The position numbers and the translations under genes were made by a program. Under the pieces are notes generated by a model, which saw only the letters and a program-made list of their open reading frames with translations, made no database searches and was not told the DNA's origin. A stretch of DNA of 58,147 bases, counting the filler, from Squatina squatina (lineage: Eukaryota): the NCBI GenBank assembly GCA_031763465.1. It is 4 parts of 3 records of this genome, joined end to end, with 100 filler letters (N's around TTAATTAATTAA, not from the genome) between each part and the next. Parts side by side here need not be neighbours in the genome. Positions count along the whole stretch, not along the records: positions 1 to 12,287 come from JARFOE010000189.1; positions 12,388 to 25,375 come from JARFOE010000189.1; 2 more parts are not named here. The stretch is one strand, 5' to 3'. Positions 1 to 13,136 of the stretch are shown in pieces. Positions within the stretch are counted from its first letter, which is position 1. Each line of letters starts with the position of its first letter.

Positions 1-2313
1 AATTGTAAAGTGGCTAATTGGGGGCTTCACTGCAAATTTTCAAAAAACCCATTTCCAGCGCTAAATTCAGCACTTAGCGCTAGAAACTTTAAAAACCCGA
101 ATTGGCCACCCATGATGTCTGAAATCAGTTTTAAACTATTGGTAAAGGTGTGCAGATCTGGCCCAGAACAGAAGGTATGGGCCAGATGGTCTTACTTAAA
201 TATAAATAAAATCTTATCTCTGTTGTAGACAAACATAAGGCTGGTGGCCTGCACTACTCGGGATAGAATCCAGCTGCGTCTGGGGTTTTTCCACCAAAGT
301 TTTTATTACTTGGAGTAGTGTTAAAACTTGCATTCATTGAGCCTGAACACCACTTCATGGCTCATTATGGAAAATTGGAGGTGTGTCATGAATGCTGTCA
401 CTGAGTTACATGAAACTCCCAAAGGAGCATTAAGGCCTGTGGTTGTATGAGTACAACGAGTGTCTGGGTCGTAGCCTGCTATTTCAGGGCACTAATGGCG
501 TGGTAAGCTTACTGACATCCTGAATCTAGTGCCCCCCACGACTNNNNNNNNNNNNNNNNNNNNNNNNNNNNNNNNNNNNNNNNNNNNNNNNNNNNNNNNN
601 NNNNNNNNNNNNNNNNNNNNNNNNNNNNNNNNNNNNNNNNNNNACAGAAGTATTACCCCTCTTGCGAAATTGGTGTTACCGCCCCCATTAAAGAGGAGGG
701 CCGAGCTGCAGACTCTGCGGGGCCCGACCTGGATCACCAGGGAGCGGGATGCCCTGCCAGATCGCAGCACGGACACCATGTCCAAGGAAGCAATGGGCCG
801 CGACAGGTAAGTCGGCAGATTTTTTCTACATGCACGCCAACCTCTCCTTTAACTAGCACCCTGAGAGCAGTTGGCCACCATGTCACTGGCATCGCCCGGT
901 GCAGCTTCAGGGGGCAATACAAATTTTTGCTCCAGGGCGAAAATGGGTCGCTGCGTACGGTGATGATGCCACCAGCAGAGCGAGACGTTACAGGTTATCA
1001 CCACCACTAAACTCCCGCAGAATTTTGCATGAGTCGTTAGTGGCACCGCGCCCCGGCAAAAAGTTGTTTATGCCCTGTTAGCACTAACGGGAGCTATGAG
1101 CTTTAAGGGCTAGAAAGAAAATGGTGAGGGAAGGGACCTCATCAAAGTGTATCTGTCTATTAAGAAAACCTAGGGGGTAATTTTCAGCTTCTTTAACATT
1201 CATGGCTTTGCGTTATCTGTCATGGGATAGATTTCATCTGTGTACCAGGAATAGCAAAATTTTAAATGCAATCCATTTGCTTGACTACCTTTTCCTCTGC
1301 TGTTCTTGGAAATTTGATTTGTAACAAAGGAGACTTTCCCCTCCTCTTCCTGAGTGAAGACAGATGTGAAGTAATGTTTAATAACTCTGGTATTTCCTTG
1401 CCCCCAGATACCAGATTCTTACTATCATTTTTTAAGTGGACCAGTTTTTTTTTTCACCCTTTGTTTGCAGTGCACGCATTTGGAAAACCTTTTTGTTGAC
1501 AGCAATCCAGAACCAATAATGTTTCCCATAGCTTCTCTTGGACCTTTATTTGAGAGTGCTCTGACATTGTTCAGACCAGTTTCACATTCGTCTAAAGACT
1601 GCCACGAATCAATGCTGTAATTAGCCATGGAAAATTACACTGGCGGCACACTTTGTACTGTAATACACCCTCATTAAAGGCTCATGTGGCTCTAAATTAG
1701 TCTGTCAATTGAAATTAACCCTTATTTTTAGTGTACAGAGGAAAATGCAAGCCTGTGATAAATGCAATACTAGTGTAATTACCAACAGCTTCCACAGGAA
1801 AAAAAAAATCATTATTGTTTTATAAATCCTGCTAAAATAATGATACTGAAAGTATCCAATCCAGTCCATCGGGTGATTTTTTTGTATCGAACTAAAATTT
1901 GGTTTACATTCCTCTTCCACTATTATTTGTTGGATAATCAAGGCAAACTGTAATACAGTAGATGGTAGTTTGATTTTACTCTGCCACCTGCTAATGTAAT
2001 TTATTGAACGGCAGATAATTTATCAAAATGTGTAGAGACAAAAAAAAATTATGTACATTACTAGGATAATGAATGGACCCAAGTTTGTTTCGTTTAATTT
2101 TCCTCATTTGTGGGAGATGATCAATTGGTGTACTGTTAGCAGACTGTACAAACAAACAGGAAATTCCATAGTTTTTTAAAAGGGTAAAACTTAATTTTTA
2201 TTACAATTTTAAAAGTTTTTTATGCTAGTTCAGTTTCTACCTTAATCCCATGTGTATGTTCCAATCTTTATTTCGTCTTTTGTAAAATGATTAAAAGGTG
2301 AATACTAGACCTA

Positions 2314-2583
2314 GGGCTAGAAATTCATTTCCTGTTGCGCCCTATTCGCACCTCCGAGGGGCACTAATGGGGAGTAAAAGTTAAAAATGGTGCCGGGAGG
2401 TGGCTATCTTGCGTCCCAGGGAATTCAGCTGGGGCGCAAAGACCTTTGTGCCTGGCCAGCTGAATTCCGCGACGGGTCGGCATGTGACATCATCAAGACA
2501 GTAAAACCTGTTGCTGCAACGGCCCTCTTAAAGGGGAGGGCCTGTGCGCCTGAGGCCACCATCTGCATTTATCGACCAACTCT
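2314..2583 (+). mobile_element. GC-rich MITE-like element end
   Basis: gggctagaaattcatttcctgttgcg...ctccgaggggcac. Related GC-rich pieces lie at 644-1095, 6298-6945, 14988-15420 and 56320-56528. Confidence 0.5.
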
Positions 2584-5548
2584 NNNNNNNNNNNNNNNNN
2601 NNNNNNNNNNNNNNNNNNNNNNNNNNNNNNNNNNNNNNNNNNNNNNNNNNNNNNNNNNNNNNNNNNNNNNNNNNNNNNNNNNNCACTTTCCTGCCTTTTC
2701 GCCATAACCCTTGATTCCCTTATGAACTCATGTCTACGGATCATTAGTCCAGGCCTCTGGATTACTAGTCCAGTAATATAACTACTATGCCACCGTAGAA
2801 TCCCCACACCAAACTAGACTAAAAGCAGTAAGCTGCAAAACTGGCAATTTGTGTTTTTTAAAGCATTTGTAAATAGAATAAAAAGCTTTTTCAAAAAAAA
2901 CAAAACCAATTGCTTGTTTCCCATCTGGTGATGATAAAGGAGGTGACCAGGGATGGTTCAAGCACCAGTTTGGGTGAACAGGAGGCCTGAATCCAGAGTG
3001 GAGTATCATGGGTGGATCGGCGACAGGGAAATAGCAAAGCTGGAAAAGATGGGCAGCCCAGTAAGTAGACTTAAACGAATGTAAGCCCACTGAAATATTA
3101 AATAAACTTAAATTGATCTAAAGTTGCAATTGTCTAAACTCCCTTGCAGTGCCATCTAGATGACCTGATCTGGGAGACAGAGGTTGGAAGAGCAGCAGTG
3201 CCACTTAGCACTGTGAAGACTGAAGGGACCTATATATAAGTTAAAAGTAATATCCAGGTGTTATAACATGTGTGATGCCCAGGTGGGATTGAATTGTGAC
3301 ACAGGGAGTATGCTCCACAAACTGGAAATATGTAGTAGAGGCAAGACTTTTATTAATATAAAAATACATAACAAAAAGATCCATGAAGAATTTCCACAGG
3401 GTTCTCACCATACTTCCATTTTTAGCTGCCTACCCCATTTCTCCAGGGATTCCACCAATCATCTGACAAGATCGGAAGAACCCCTGCCAAAATTTCAGGT
3501 GACTATTTTATTCAANNNNNNNNNNNNNNNNNNNNNNNNNNNNNNNNNNNNNNNNNNNNNNNNNNNNNNNNNNNNNNNNNNNNNNNNNNNNNNNNNNNNN
3601 NNNNNNNNNNNNNNNAGCATTTTTTGTTTGTATTCTAGATTCCAGCATCCAGAGTATTTCGATTCTGTATTTAAATTGTCCTGTAGCTTTTCCTGTTCAG
3701 TTTTAGAGTCTACGACATTCATTAGCCTAACCTCAATAGTATTGACAAAGAGAAACACAAAAGGTTGCGGCAGAAAGTGTGCAATCTTAATGTGGGATTT
3801 GTTTACATTATGAATGTATTTAAAATTAAGCCTTTAGTGGGTAAGATATTAATGCCATCTTCAAAATGGTATAGTTTGTATGATTTCTGCTAAAATGCTG
3901 GTGCCATACTTTCATGAATATTAGGCGTGAATCTTCTCCAATAGTTAAAGGTATCATGTTGAGAACTGTTTTATGAATGGGTGCAGAATGCCCAACAGTA
4001 AGGCTTATTTGGACTTTCTAAATTGAATCTTTTTCTAAATCTGGAATTTCTATTGAAGACAAAGTTTTAAAAGAAGACCAAAAGCAAATGCCCTGCGATA
4101 TTGACAGTGTTTCTGGCTGCTTGAACTATGTTAGTCAGGATACAAGCTTTCCATTTCACAAAATATTTACATGATCAACATTAACATATTTATGATTTGG
4201 CACTATTCCATACTTTTTATAAAGGTCACAATTTCAGTTTTGAGATTATAGGACCTTAATGTTTAATAAAAAGAAAAATAAGAACGTGATTTTATATAGT
4301 GCCTTATCACATCCTCAGCTGTCCCAACACATTTCCCATCCAACAAAATACTTGTTTTGGATCAAAATTCATGGGAGAATTCTGCCGTCAATTTACATCT
4401 TTCATGGTCCTGAATTTAAATCTTTTTCAGCGTGTCAGCTAGTGCATTATGCATGTTGAAGCCTGCGTTCACTTGCTTTATATAGAGGGGTGAGAAACCA
4501 TTTGCACTGCTGAATAAACAGAATCTGTTGTTGGTATACATGCTATGTATTATACCTGTGCAGCAGAGCTGGAATGGATGGAACATTAGTGTGCACACAT
4601 CACCACACTGCAGGGTAAATTTTGTGAGGGCCCAAGCCAACAACAGGGCAAAAACTCACAAGCAATCCCTCATTGGCAGCGTGAGGCCTCACATAATTTA
4701 CCCTTTCAACTCAAAATATTAGTCGATGCACTATATAATTTCAAATGGCTGCAATGTCTATACTGCATTAAAGTTATTATTATCCTTCTTTAGGTCCATT
4801 TCATTCCAGCCTGAGAGGCCAGGCCTCTACTGATGAAGCTCATGAGTTAGACAATTAGCCAAGAGTTAGCGCACCCTGCGTGACTCACTTGTTTGTTCTT
4901 TCTGGAGTTCTAGGTGCCGAGGTGAGGAATCCACTTTTGGTTGGGGTCAATAAATTGTTAGATGGGAAATCAGAAGTTGCAAACCTGCGGACCATTACTC
5001 CATGGAGTAAGGTGTACATACAGCAGCTTGATGTGCAATGGTGTCACCCCAAATGTCTTTTAAAATATGTTTCAACTGGATTAATCAGCCGATCTCTGAA
5101 TCCAAATGATCAGAAATCTGAGTAAAACTGTTATTTTTGGCAGAATGAGTTTGTCAGTGCGACATTTTCTGTGTTCAGTCATTTGCAGTTTCTTCCATGT
5201 GTCTCAGTGTTTCAGTTATTCTTTACGGTTACTGTATTAATGGACAGCACTGAATCTATGTGACACGTAACAGTCGTGAATTTATTGAGCTTATGTCCAA
5301 AATATTCAATCATGCATTGTTCTCTTGATTTTATTTACCTTTTCATTTTCTGGTCTTCAAACAGTTCCATTGTTTATTGGCAACCCTCCAGTAGTTCCTT
5401 GCAAGTGTTCACTCTTCATGGGTGATGGTGAGCATCAGCTGGGTACTTGTCAGTGGTGGATGTCACAGCCGAGCCCAATCTTCTCCCTGTTCAACATTCA
5501 CACATTGGCCCTGAATTTCCTCACTATCAATAACATTGATGCTGTTAT

Positions 5549-5775
5549 TAACAACAACAACAACTTGTATTTATATAGCGCCTTTAACGTAGTAAAACAT
5601 CCCAAGGTGCTTCCCAGGAGTATTTTCAGACAAAAAAATTTGATACCGAACCACATAAGGAAAAATTAGGGCTGGTGACCAAAAGCTTGGCCAAAGAGGT
5701 AGGTTTTAAGGAGCGCCTCAAAGGAGGAAAAGAGAGGCGGAGAGGTTTAGGGAGGGAATTCCAGAGCTTAAGGCT
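5549..5775 (-). mobile_element. L2-clade LINE 3' end
   Basis: aacaacaacttgtatttatatagcgcctttaacgtagtaaaacatcccaagg...gagggaattccagagc. Confidence 0.7.
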
Positions 5776-7567
5776 ATTATTGAACTAAAAAAAGGATCAA
5801 GGAAACCGCCTTTTGCTGTAATATACCACTTAAGCACCATTAATGNNNNNNNNNNNNNNNNNNNNNNNNNNNNNNNNNNNNNNNNNNNNNNNNNNNNNNN
5901 NNNNNNNNNNNNNNNNNNNNNNNNNNNNNNNNNNNNNNNNNNNNNAGATCCTACTGTTTAACCTCGTCAAACTCGGCACTTGTGTGATCTATGTATGACC
6001 AGGAGAAATATGTAACTGGGAAATGTCCACTCCAAAAACTCCACTGCAGGGCTACCATACTGAATATGGCATCATACTTGCAACCTCAGCAGATGCCATA
6101 CCCACTGCAGAGCAATGCAAAATTTATCATCTGCGTTTTAATAAGATTTTGTATAAATGTTGTAACTTCAGACACAATCACGTAATCATATCACCGATCA
6201 CAGATTCCTGTTTAAAGCAAGTTATAAAACATCACTGCTTGAAACAGTCCATTACAAATATCAGATGTGTGCTTAAATTTTATTGGACCTTATTTTCTGG
6301 GGCCTATAACCACGTACGTACGTGGTCATACATGCCTCGCAAGTTCCGAGTCTCCACGTACGATGTGCATGCGTGAAAACCCGGAACTTGTGATCTATCA
6401 GATCGTATGAATGTACAGGAAATGGACATTCGCTGGCAGAGAGTTGGACTATTCACCCAAATACTGCCCAGCGAATGCCCACGAAACTCTTATGCCTGGT
6501 AAAGCATCAAAACACCTCTAAAATAAGTTAAGATTATTTTTAGCCTCTTTAAAACATTTAAATTTATTTTTCAAAAAGTTAAATTTTTGCTTTAAATGTT
6601 TTTAATTATTTTTAACGTGTGGTGATTTATTTTTATTTAAGTGGGGTGAAAGTGTGTTTTTTTTTTAGGGGATTCATATTCTGCTTATGGGGATTCCGTA
6701 CGTAAATGGAATCCCCATAAGCAGAATGAGAATCCCCCTTTTGCCATTGTTTGGGCCAGCCCATGTGATCGCAGGGACGCTTGCGAACCGCATACTTTCC
6801 TGGGATACATGAGCCTTTACGCAGGCGTACGCCTGCAGGCCCAGGACCACAAGAGCCCAAAGATACAGAGGCCCCAGGTGCATACTTTTCTTGTAGATCA
6901 GAGGCACTCTCCCATGGGAAGCCTCTGACTGCAATTTCCAGCCCAGTATTGTAAATTCACAGACAGAGGGGTTAAAATAAGGATAGCCCCAGTTAAATAC
7001 GAACATCGGTGCACCTTGTATGCAGTTCACTGCAATAAGAATATGGAAATTAGGCTATTGTGTTTGCAATTATTTATTTTACAGTGGAAATCCAAAGAGA
7101 ACAAGTTTAACAATCCGCTGAAACAAGCAAGTTCTCGAGCTGCATTCGATATCTTTGAAATGATTTCCAGTCATAAATGTGGAAAAAGTGGTAAGCCATA
7201 GGTTAACATGAGAGTATATATCCTCCACCACCATATTTTGACATCTTATTTAAAAATGACTTGTTCAATAGCAAATGGAATTATTCCACAGATTTGCAAT
7301 TTAGGTACATATCTGATAAAGAAGGACATTGGTTTGAAATCTTTCTTTGCTTCACTGTTATGAAATGATTATCTAAATCCTATTATATTTCACATTACCC
7401 AGTGGGTGGCAGGTGCTTTAACAACATTAAAAAGAATGGTTCTCTTCTGAAAAAGCCTGTGCCTGAAGGAAATGCAATACATAAGCTAACACATCTCAGA
7501 CTCTCCTGACAGCACACAATTCCCTATTCAATTCGCACATACGAAAAAAATAAATCACAAGGGCTCA

Positions 7568-7675
7568 TGGAAGGCTGGCCTTTATATCGAGAGGACTAAA
7601 GTACAGGGGGGAGAAGTTGTACTGCAGCTGTACAAAGCCCTGGTTAGACCACACCTGGAGCACTGCGAGCAGTTC
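7568..7675 (+). mobile_element. CR1 ORF2 fragment
   Basis: Encodes LYKALVRPHLEHCEQF. Related fragments lie at 30060-30154 and 38960-39063. Confidence 0.75.
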
Positions 7676-7775
7676 NNNNNNNNNNNNNNNNNNNNNNNNN
7701 NNNNNNNNNNNNNNNNNNNNNNNNNNNNNNNNNNNNNNNNNNNNNNNNNNNNNNNNNNNNNNNNNNNNNNNNNNN

Positions 7776-7980
7776 GCAATCACTTCTGCCTTCCACACAA
7801 TGATGTTACCCTTTGTTCTTCCGTCTCCCCCCACACCCCGTGCCTGCCAGTGCTTTAAAACTTCCTATATTTCTGGCATTTTTCTGTTCTGACGAAGGGT
7901 CATCGACCCGAAACGTTGACTCTGTTTTTCTCTCCAGATGCTGCCTGACCGGCTGAGTTTTTCAGCATTTTTTGTTTATA
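7776..7980 (+). mobile_element. Penelope-like element terminal (pLTR-type) repeat fragment
   Basis: Hammerhead core followed by ...ctccagatgctgcctgaccggctgagtttttcagcattttttgttt. Near-identical inverted copy at 55985-56217. Confidence 0.6.
7885..7921 (+). ncRNA. Minimal type I hammerhead ribozyme motif in a Penelope-type repeat
   Basis: CUGACGA-A-GGGUC-auc-GACCC-GAAA-CGUU. Conserved core, 5-bp helix II, loopless palindromic helix III (ACGU), short helix I (GUU/GAC). Confidence 0.65.
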
Positions 7981-8650
7981 TACCAACAAAATAGTTGGGT
8001 TCCCTATACTGGTGAACTCACTTTGGCATTTCCTTTGCAAACTACTGCGACAACAGAAATGTATTGAGTTGTCCTGACACATAACATAACGTCCTGAAGT
8101 GTGTGTTCCACAGAGCCCTCGATTGCTGGTAATTAATTTTGCTAATGTCATTGTGGAGCTTTTAACCATCACTTGGCTTGTTTCTATTGATTTTAACAGT
8201 TGATGGCTTGGAGTTTCCACTCGGTTGCACTGGCGGAACTGGCGCAAAAGATTGTGGAATTTTAAGCGCAATTTGTGTTCAATGCAAATCGAGGTCCCGT
8301 GATCTTTTGCGCTTATTTTTTTTTTTTAACCTATTTATTTGTTTGAGAGCTACATAAGGAATATTGAGCCAGTTTATCCTCTTCTCCTGCATTGTGCAGC
8401 ATTCCCTGTCTGAGAACACAGACAGGTCCACGTCAGTTGTAAATATATTCTGTAACGGCCTGCCAGGCGGTATGGGTCAGGTTAACTCACCACCTGATTT
8501 TACCTTCCTATGGGGAAGTGCCATGATAGTGTTTAGCACTTTCCCTTAACTGGCTGGGATTTGAACCTCGCAGCATTCATGAAGACTTGACATCCTATTA
8601 TTCTACAGTGCCACATGCTGTACCTCAATGCACTGAATTATACCATTTAT

Positions 8651-8673
8651 CTCTCTCTCTCTCTCTCTCTCTC
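8651..8673. repeat. (CT)11 microsatellite
   Basis: Direct reading. Confidence 0.9.
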
Positions 8674-9759
8674 CACCCAACAGGAAGCAGCCTAGCACAG
8701 GATTTCAGGATTCTCTGAGCGTTTTAATGTTTCACCCTCCCAGCTAAAAGAGAAATGGCAACAAAAAGGATCAGTTGAGAATTTCAGACCTGACAGGATG
8801 ATCATTTACTTAATACTGTAAAACTGGTAATAGTCCTCCAACAGGCATACCCCAGTGAGTACATTAATATTTACTCATCTCAACACGACTGACTGCTTTT
8901 GGAAAGAAAGACAGATTTGTGCTTATAAAGTCACTTTGAAAAGGACAACCCAGTGCCAATTTTCTTTAAAATCACTGATGACACATCTTATGGTAACGAG
9001 ACCTCAAGCTAATTTGATCAAAAAGATCATGGCTGTTGAGGAGTCATAATACAGANNNNNNNNNNNNNNNNNNNNNNNNNNNNNNNNNNNNNNNNNNNNN
9101 NNNNNNNNNNNNNNNNNNNNNNNNNNNNNNNNNNNNNNNNNNNNNNNNNNNNNNNGGTTCATTACCAAGTACCAAATCCAAAATAGACTCTCCTCTGGTC
9201 GGACTATCCGACATACTCTGAAAAGCGATGCTCCCCTCTTACTTTTATTGGGGCTAAGGTTCCATGCAGCTTCTGCAGGTCTCCCAGGCAATTGCCACTG
9301 TGGTTAGGGTATAACCCAGGAGTGAATGATGAGACAGTAAGTTAGTAACAACTAGACCCGTCATGGTTTAAAATAATATGACAGTCAGCAGATTTTGCCA
9401 GTTTACAATCTCCATCTTGCAAACTGACTGACTTCTGCAGCTGGGGTTGAATCGGTTGCTGAATTGAAATCTTGATATTGAAGGGAACATTTCGAAATGC
9501 CCTGAGCGAAACTGTCATTGTCAAAAAAAAATTGCATTAGGAGTGATACGTGAATTCAAAAAGCTTTCAAAACGAATTTGGAGCTTCAGAAGCATTTATA
9601 ACTATGGAGGGTGTGATATGGTACCTATAACTGATGTGGCTTGGTCTTGGACAGGACTAGGAACTTAATTCCTGGTTAACATTTTCAGCATATAGTGTGA
9701 GGAAAAGGGGTGGGTATTAATAAAATTTATATCTCAGTCCTCAAGATGTTCTGAGCAAA

Positions 9760-10199
9760 AATATTGGGTGATTTTAATGATCCCAAGGTAGACTGAAATT
9801 AAGTAATACTTGTCGTCAGACTGGGGAGGACATATTTTAGAATGCATTCAAGACTGTTTCATAGATCAGTATGTTTCTAGCCCAACAAGCCAAAAAGCAT
9901 TGCTTGATTTAGTTGTGGGAAATGAAGTGGAATTGTAGTATCGTAAGGTTTAGATTAGTTATGGAGAAGGACAAGGAGCAATCTGGAATAGAAATAATTA
10001 ACTGGAGGAGGGTTAATTTCAGCAAATTGAGGACGGTTCTGACCTGGGTAATTTGGAGTCAAATGCTGGCAGGCAAAAATGCAATGGAGCAATGAGGAGA
10101 TGGTTCAGGTACAGTTGAGGTACTTTCCTACAAGGGGGAAACTGAAGGCAACCAAAGTCAGAGCTCCCTGGATGATGAAGTTGGAGAGTAGGATGAAGC
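9760..10199 (+). mobile_element. Degenerate CR1 endonuclease/linker fragment
   Basis: Remnants of GDFN.P, FLECIQDCF.DQYV..PT and LLDLV, and later PWM, with stops and frameshifts. Confidence 0.6.
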
Positions 10200-12287
10200 N
10201 NNNNNNNNNNNNNNNNNNNNNNNNNNNNNNNNNNNNNNNNNNNNNNNNNNNNNNNNNNNNNNNNNNNNNNNNNNNNNNNNNNNNNNNNNNNNNNNNNNNT
10301 CATTCCAGTGTAAGTAATTTTTTTGTGGCATGATGAGTCTTAATTGCTGCCAAACAACATCTTTGGCACTGAAAATTATCTTTTGCAAGTGTGAAGTCTT
10401 GTTCCTTCAGATTTTAATTATTGTTGGAGATGAAAAACTTTTTAAAACTTTTTTCGTTCTGTCTCTTTTAGCTCTCTTAATCCCATCTTTCTTTCCCTCG
10501 CTTTATTTAGCTTTCTGTACATGATTTGGCATTGAATTAAATATTCTAACTTGCACGTCCTGGTTCAGTCTCCGCGTGCCTCAATAAGGATTCTTCAGTC
10601 TGATTGGTTATGGAGATACACAGTTGCTTTCCCTGTTCACACAGGTCCCAGATTCCCTGTAGAGGGAACAGTGTCAAAATGGTGTTCTAATCATAGCATG
10701 TTCCAGTGCAAATGCCCTTAGAATGTCCATGGGCAAGAGTAAATGTAATGAATGGCTAGCGCCATTCGTTTGTCGTTGAGCAAAATCTGGGCCTATATGT
10801 TGGTAGAACCTGGTGAAGTGGACCAAGTGCAATAACCTTCTAAAATTTGATCACCTCATTTATGCTTGCTCACATATCTAGTGTCTTTCCAAGTTTCAGA
10901 AGAAATCCAAGCGCACCTGGCTAGTTTAAGTATAACTTTAAACATTAAATGACATTGCTTATTGTGTTTCATCCACACTGACTCCCTTTCTATAATAAGA
11001 GCATGATTCCTTTTGAAGAATCTGTTGTTGTCATTTCTAAGTTTAAAGGAATCATCAGTTGCTTCTAATATATTTTTATTGATATATTCCATTCGAACAA
11101 TGCTTTTAGTAACTGCAACTTTGGAGAACTGGTTCGGAAAAAGGAAACACCGAGCTCAATTGGAGTTGAAATTACATGTAGAGTTAACACTGAAATACTA
11201 AGATTAATGATAACCACTAATAATTTTGCTGTGGCTCCAGTTACTCATCCATGTCATGCCCCCATCATTAGATCATCAGCGCTTAATGATAAGCAAATAA
11301 ATTCAACTGGATTAGGCAGATAAAGGAAACCAAAACATTTTTGATTACTTGAGTAAACTACATTTTTTAATGGTATTGATGACATTCTGAGGTTTTGATA
11401 TTACTTTTGTACACATACACTTCATAGATTTAATTTTAACATTTTGAATTCTCAAATACGTTCTCTTTCTCCGACCTGTATTCTATTTAACATGAGCAAC
11501 GCAGGACATCTGTTAATATCTATCTATAATATAAAAACAACACTGCTGTGTGCATTTACTGGCTGTCACAAATTTTGTTTGGTTCAAATAATAACAAACT
11601 ACCCAGAACAATAATAATAGACTACCCAGGACTCTGCAACTGAGCACTCCTAAAACTATCAGTTGAACACAGTAGGCCCATCCAATCACTTAAAGGAAAT
11701 AAAAATTCTATCTGCCACAACAAATCAGAATTACGATAAGTGAAAATTTCTCAATCAAATTGCGGCTACACCACCACCACCATCCACAAGTCGGGTGAGT
11801 GGTATGGGGAAATGTATAGCTGTGCATGGTGACGTCAACAAAGGGCAAGTCACCATCTTTGAGTCAAGTTTTAATAAGGTTAGGGATGAGGCTGTGGATA
11901 AAAGCCTTATTTGTGAGGGAGTAATTTTAAGGACAGTGGAGTAGGTGGGTAGTGGGAGTAGCAGAAGTGGTCAGAGTGGCAGATGAAGGCACCTGAGGCA
12001 AGAAGAGGGAAATGATCGAAGAGGTTTTCTCAGAGTGGTGCTGGAGAGGTTTTGTGTCAAGATTGAAAAGTGAGGCAGTGTAGAATGTTGATTTGGCAGT
12101 GCTGATAGTGGGAGCTGTGATGGGTTTAGCAAGATATGCTGATAAAAGGAGAAGTGGAGGGGATGGATATTAAGCCCAGTAGTGGAGGTCCTGGATGGTG
12201 CTGAGCTTATTGAGTGTTGTTGTGGTTACGCTCATCCATGCAAGTGGTTAGTAATCTATCACACTTGTGACGTGCCTTGTGGGAAGT

Positions 12288-12387
12288 NNNNNNNNNNNNN
12301 NNNNNNNNNNNNNNNNNNNNNNNNNNNNNNNTTAATTAATTAANNNNNNNNNNNNNNNNNNNNNNNNNNNNNNNNNNNNNNNNNNNN
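12288..12387. other. Artificial concatenation linker N44-TTAATTAATTAA-N44
   Basis: A six-frame stop 12-mer centred in an exactly 100-nt gap. Confidence 0.95.
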
Positions 12388-12899
12388 TACAAATTCCAAG
12401 CAAATCTAACATTCCACTGCATCAGAAAATTATTTAAGTTGTAAATGATCGAGGCAAGCGGTCAGTCACCATGGCAACAAGAGCTCCGGATGTGGCTTTT
12501 CCTAATAATGTAACCTTCATTAAGTGTTTCAGTAGAGTGCCAATTGAGAAACATTTTCCTATTTACAGAGACTGTGTATGCAGATAGAGATAGTGATAGA
12601 TATGACCACAAGAGAGATAGATACGACCACAATAGTCTACTTCCTTCATTTTTCTTTCCTCAACAATGCTCACCATCATGCCTGCTTACCAAAAATGTCA
12701 TAAGCGGCAAAGACCAAGCACTCTCCAAGTTGTCTCACAAAGATTTAAACAATATAGTGAATAGAACACTTATCTTTAAATAGCAATCTGATGTCGTTGA
12801 ATTGGCTTTGTAACAAAGCAATAGTTTTTCCAAGCAGTGCCATTTAAAAGAGTACACTTTAATAAGAGCCAGTACAATAACAAATGCAAAGCGTTTTAC

Positions 12900-13028
12900 C
12901 TCTGATTCACTACATTCATCAGGTGAATCCTGGTGCACAGCCATCTGATACTTGGCATACAAAGTTGCTGACTGGTTAAAGGATTCAGTGAAATCTGGAT
13001 CTTCGGAGGAAACTGGCACTAGTTTCAC
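12900..13028 (-). CDS. ATE1: ATE1 (arginyl-tRNA-protein transferase 1) alternative exon 7, downstream copy (7b), 129 nt
   Basis: Boundaries ctgaag|GTG ... GAG|gtaaaa, phase 0/0. Encodes VKLVPVSSEDPDFTESFNQSATLYAKYQMAVHQDSPDECSESE, which closely resembles the vertebrate ATE1 alternative exon (VRLVPVSFEDPEF...YQVAIHQDPPDEC). Confidence 0.93.
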
Positions 13029-13136
13029 CTTCAGAGCAGGAGATCCATGTAAATTTGCAAAATAAGTAAATAGTTGAAAACACTTTTACAATGGAGAGCT
13101 GAAGTAAACTTTAAGATTTACCATATAGCTTTACCA

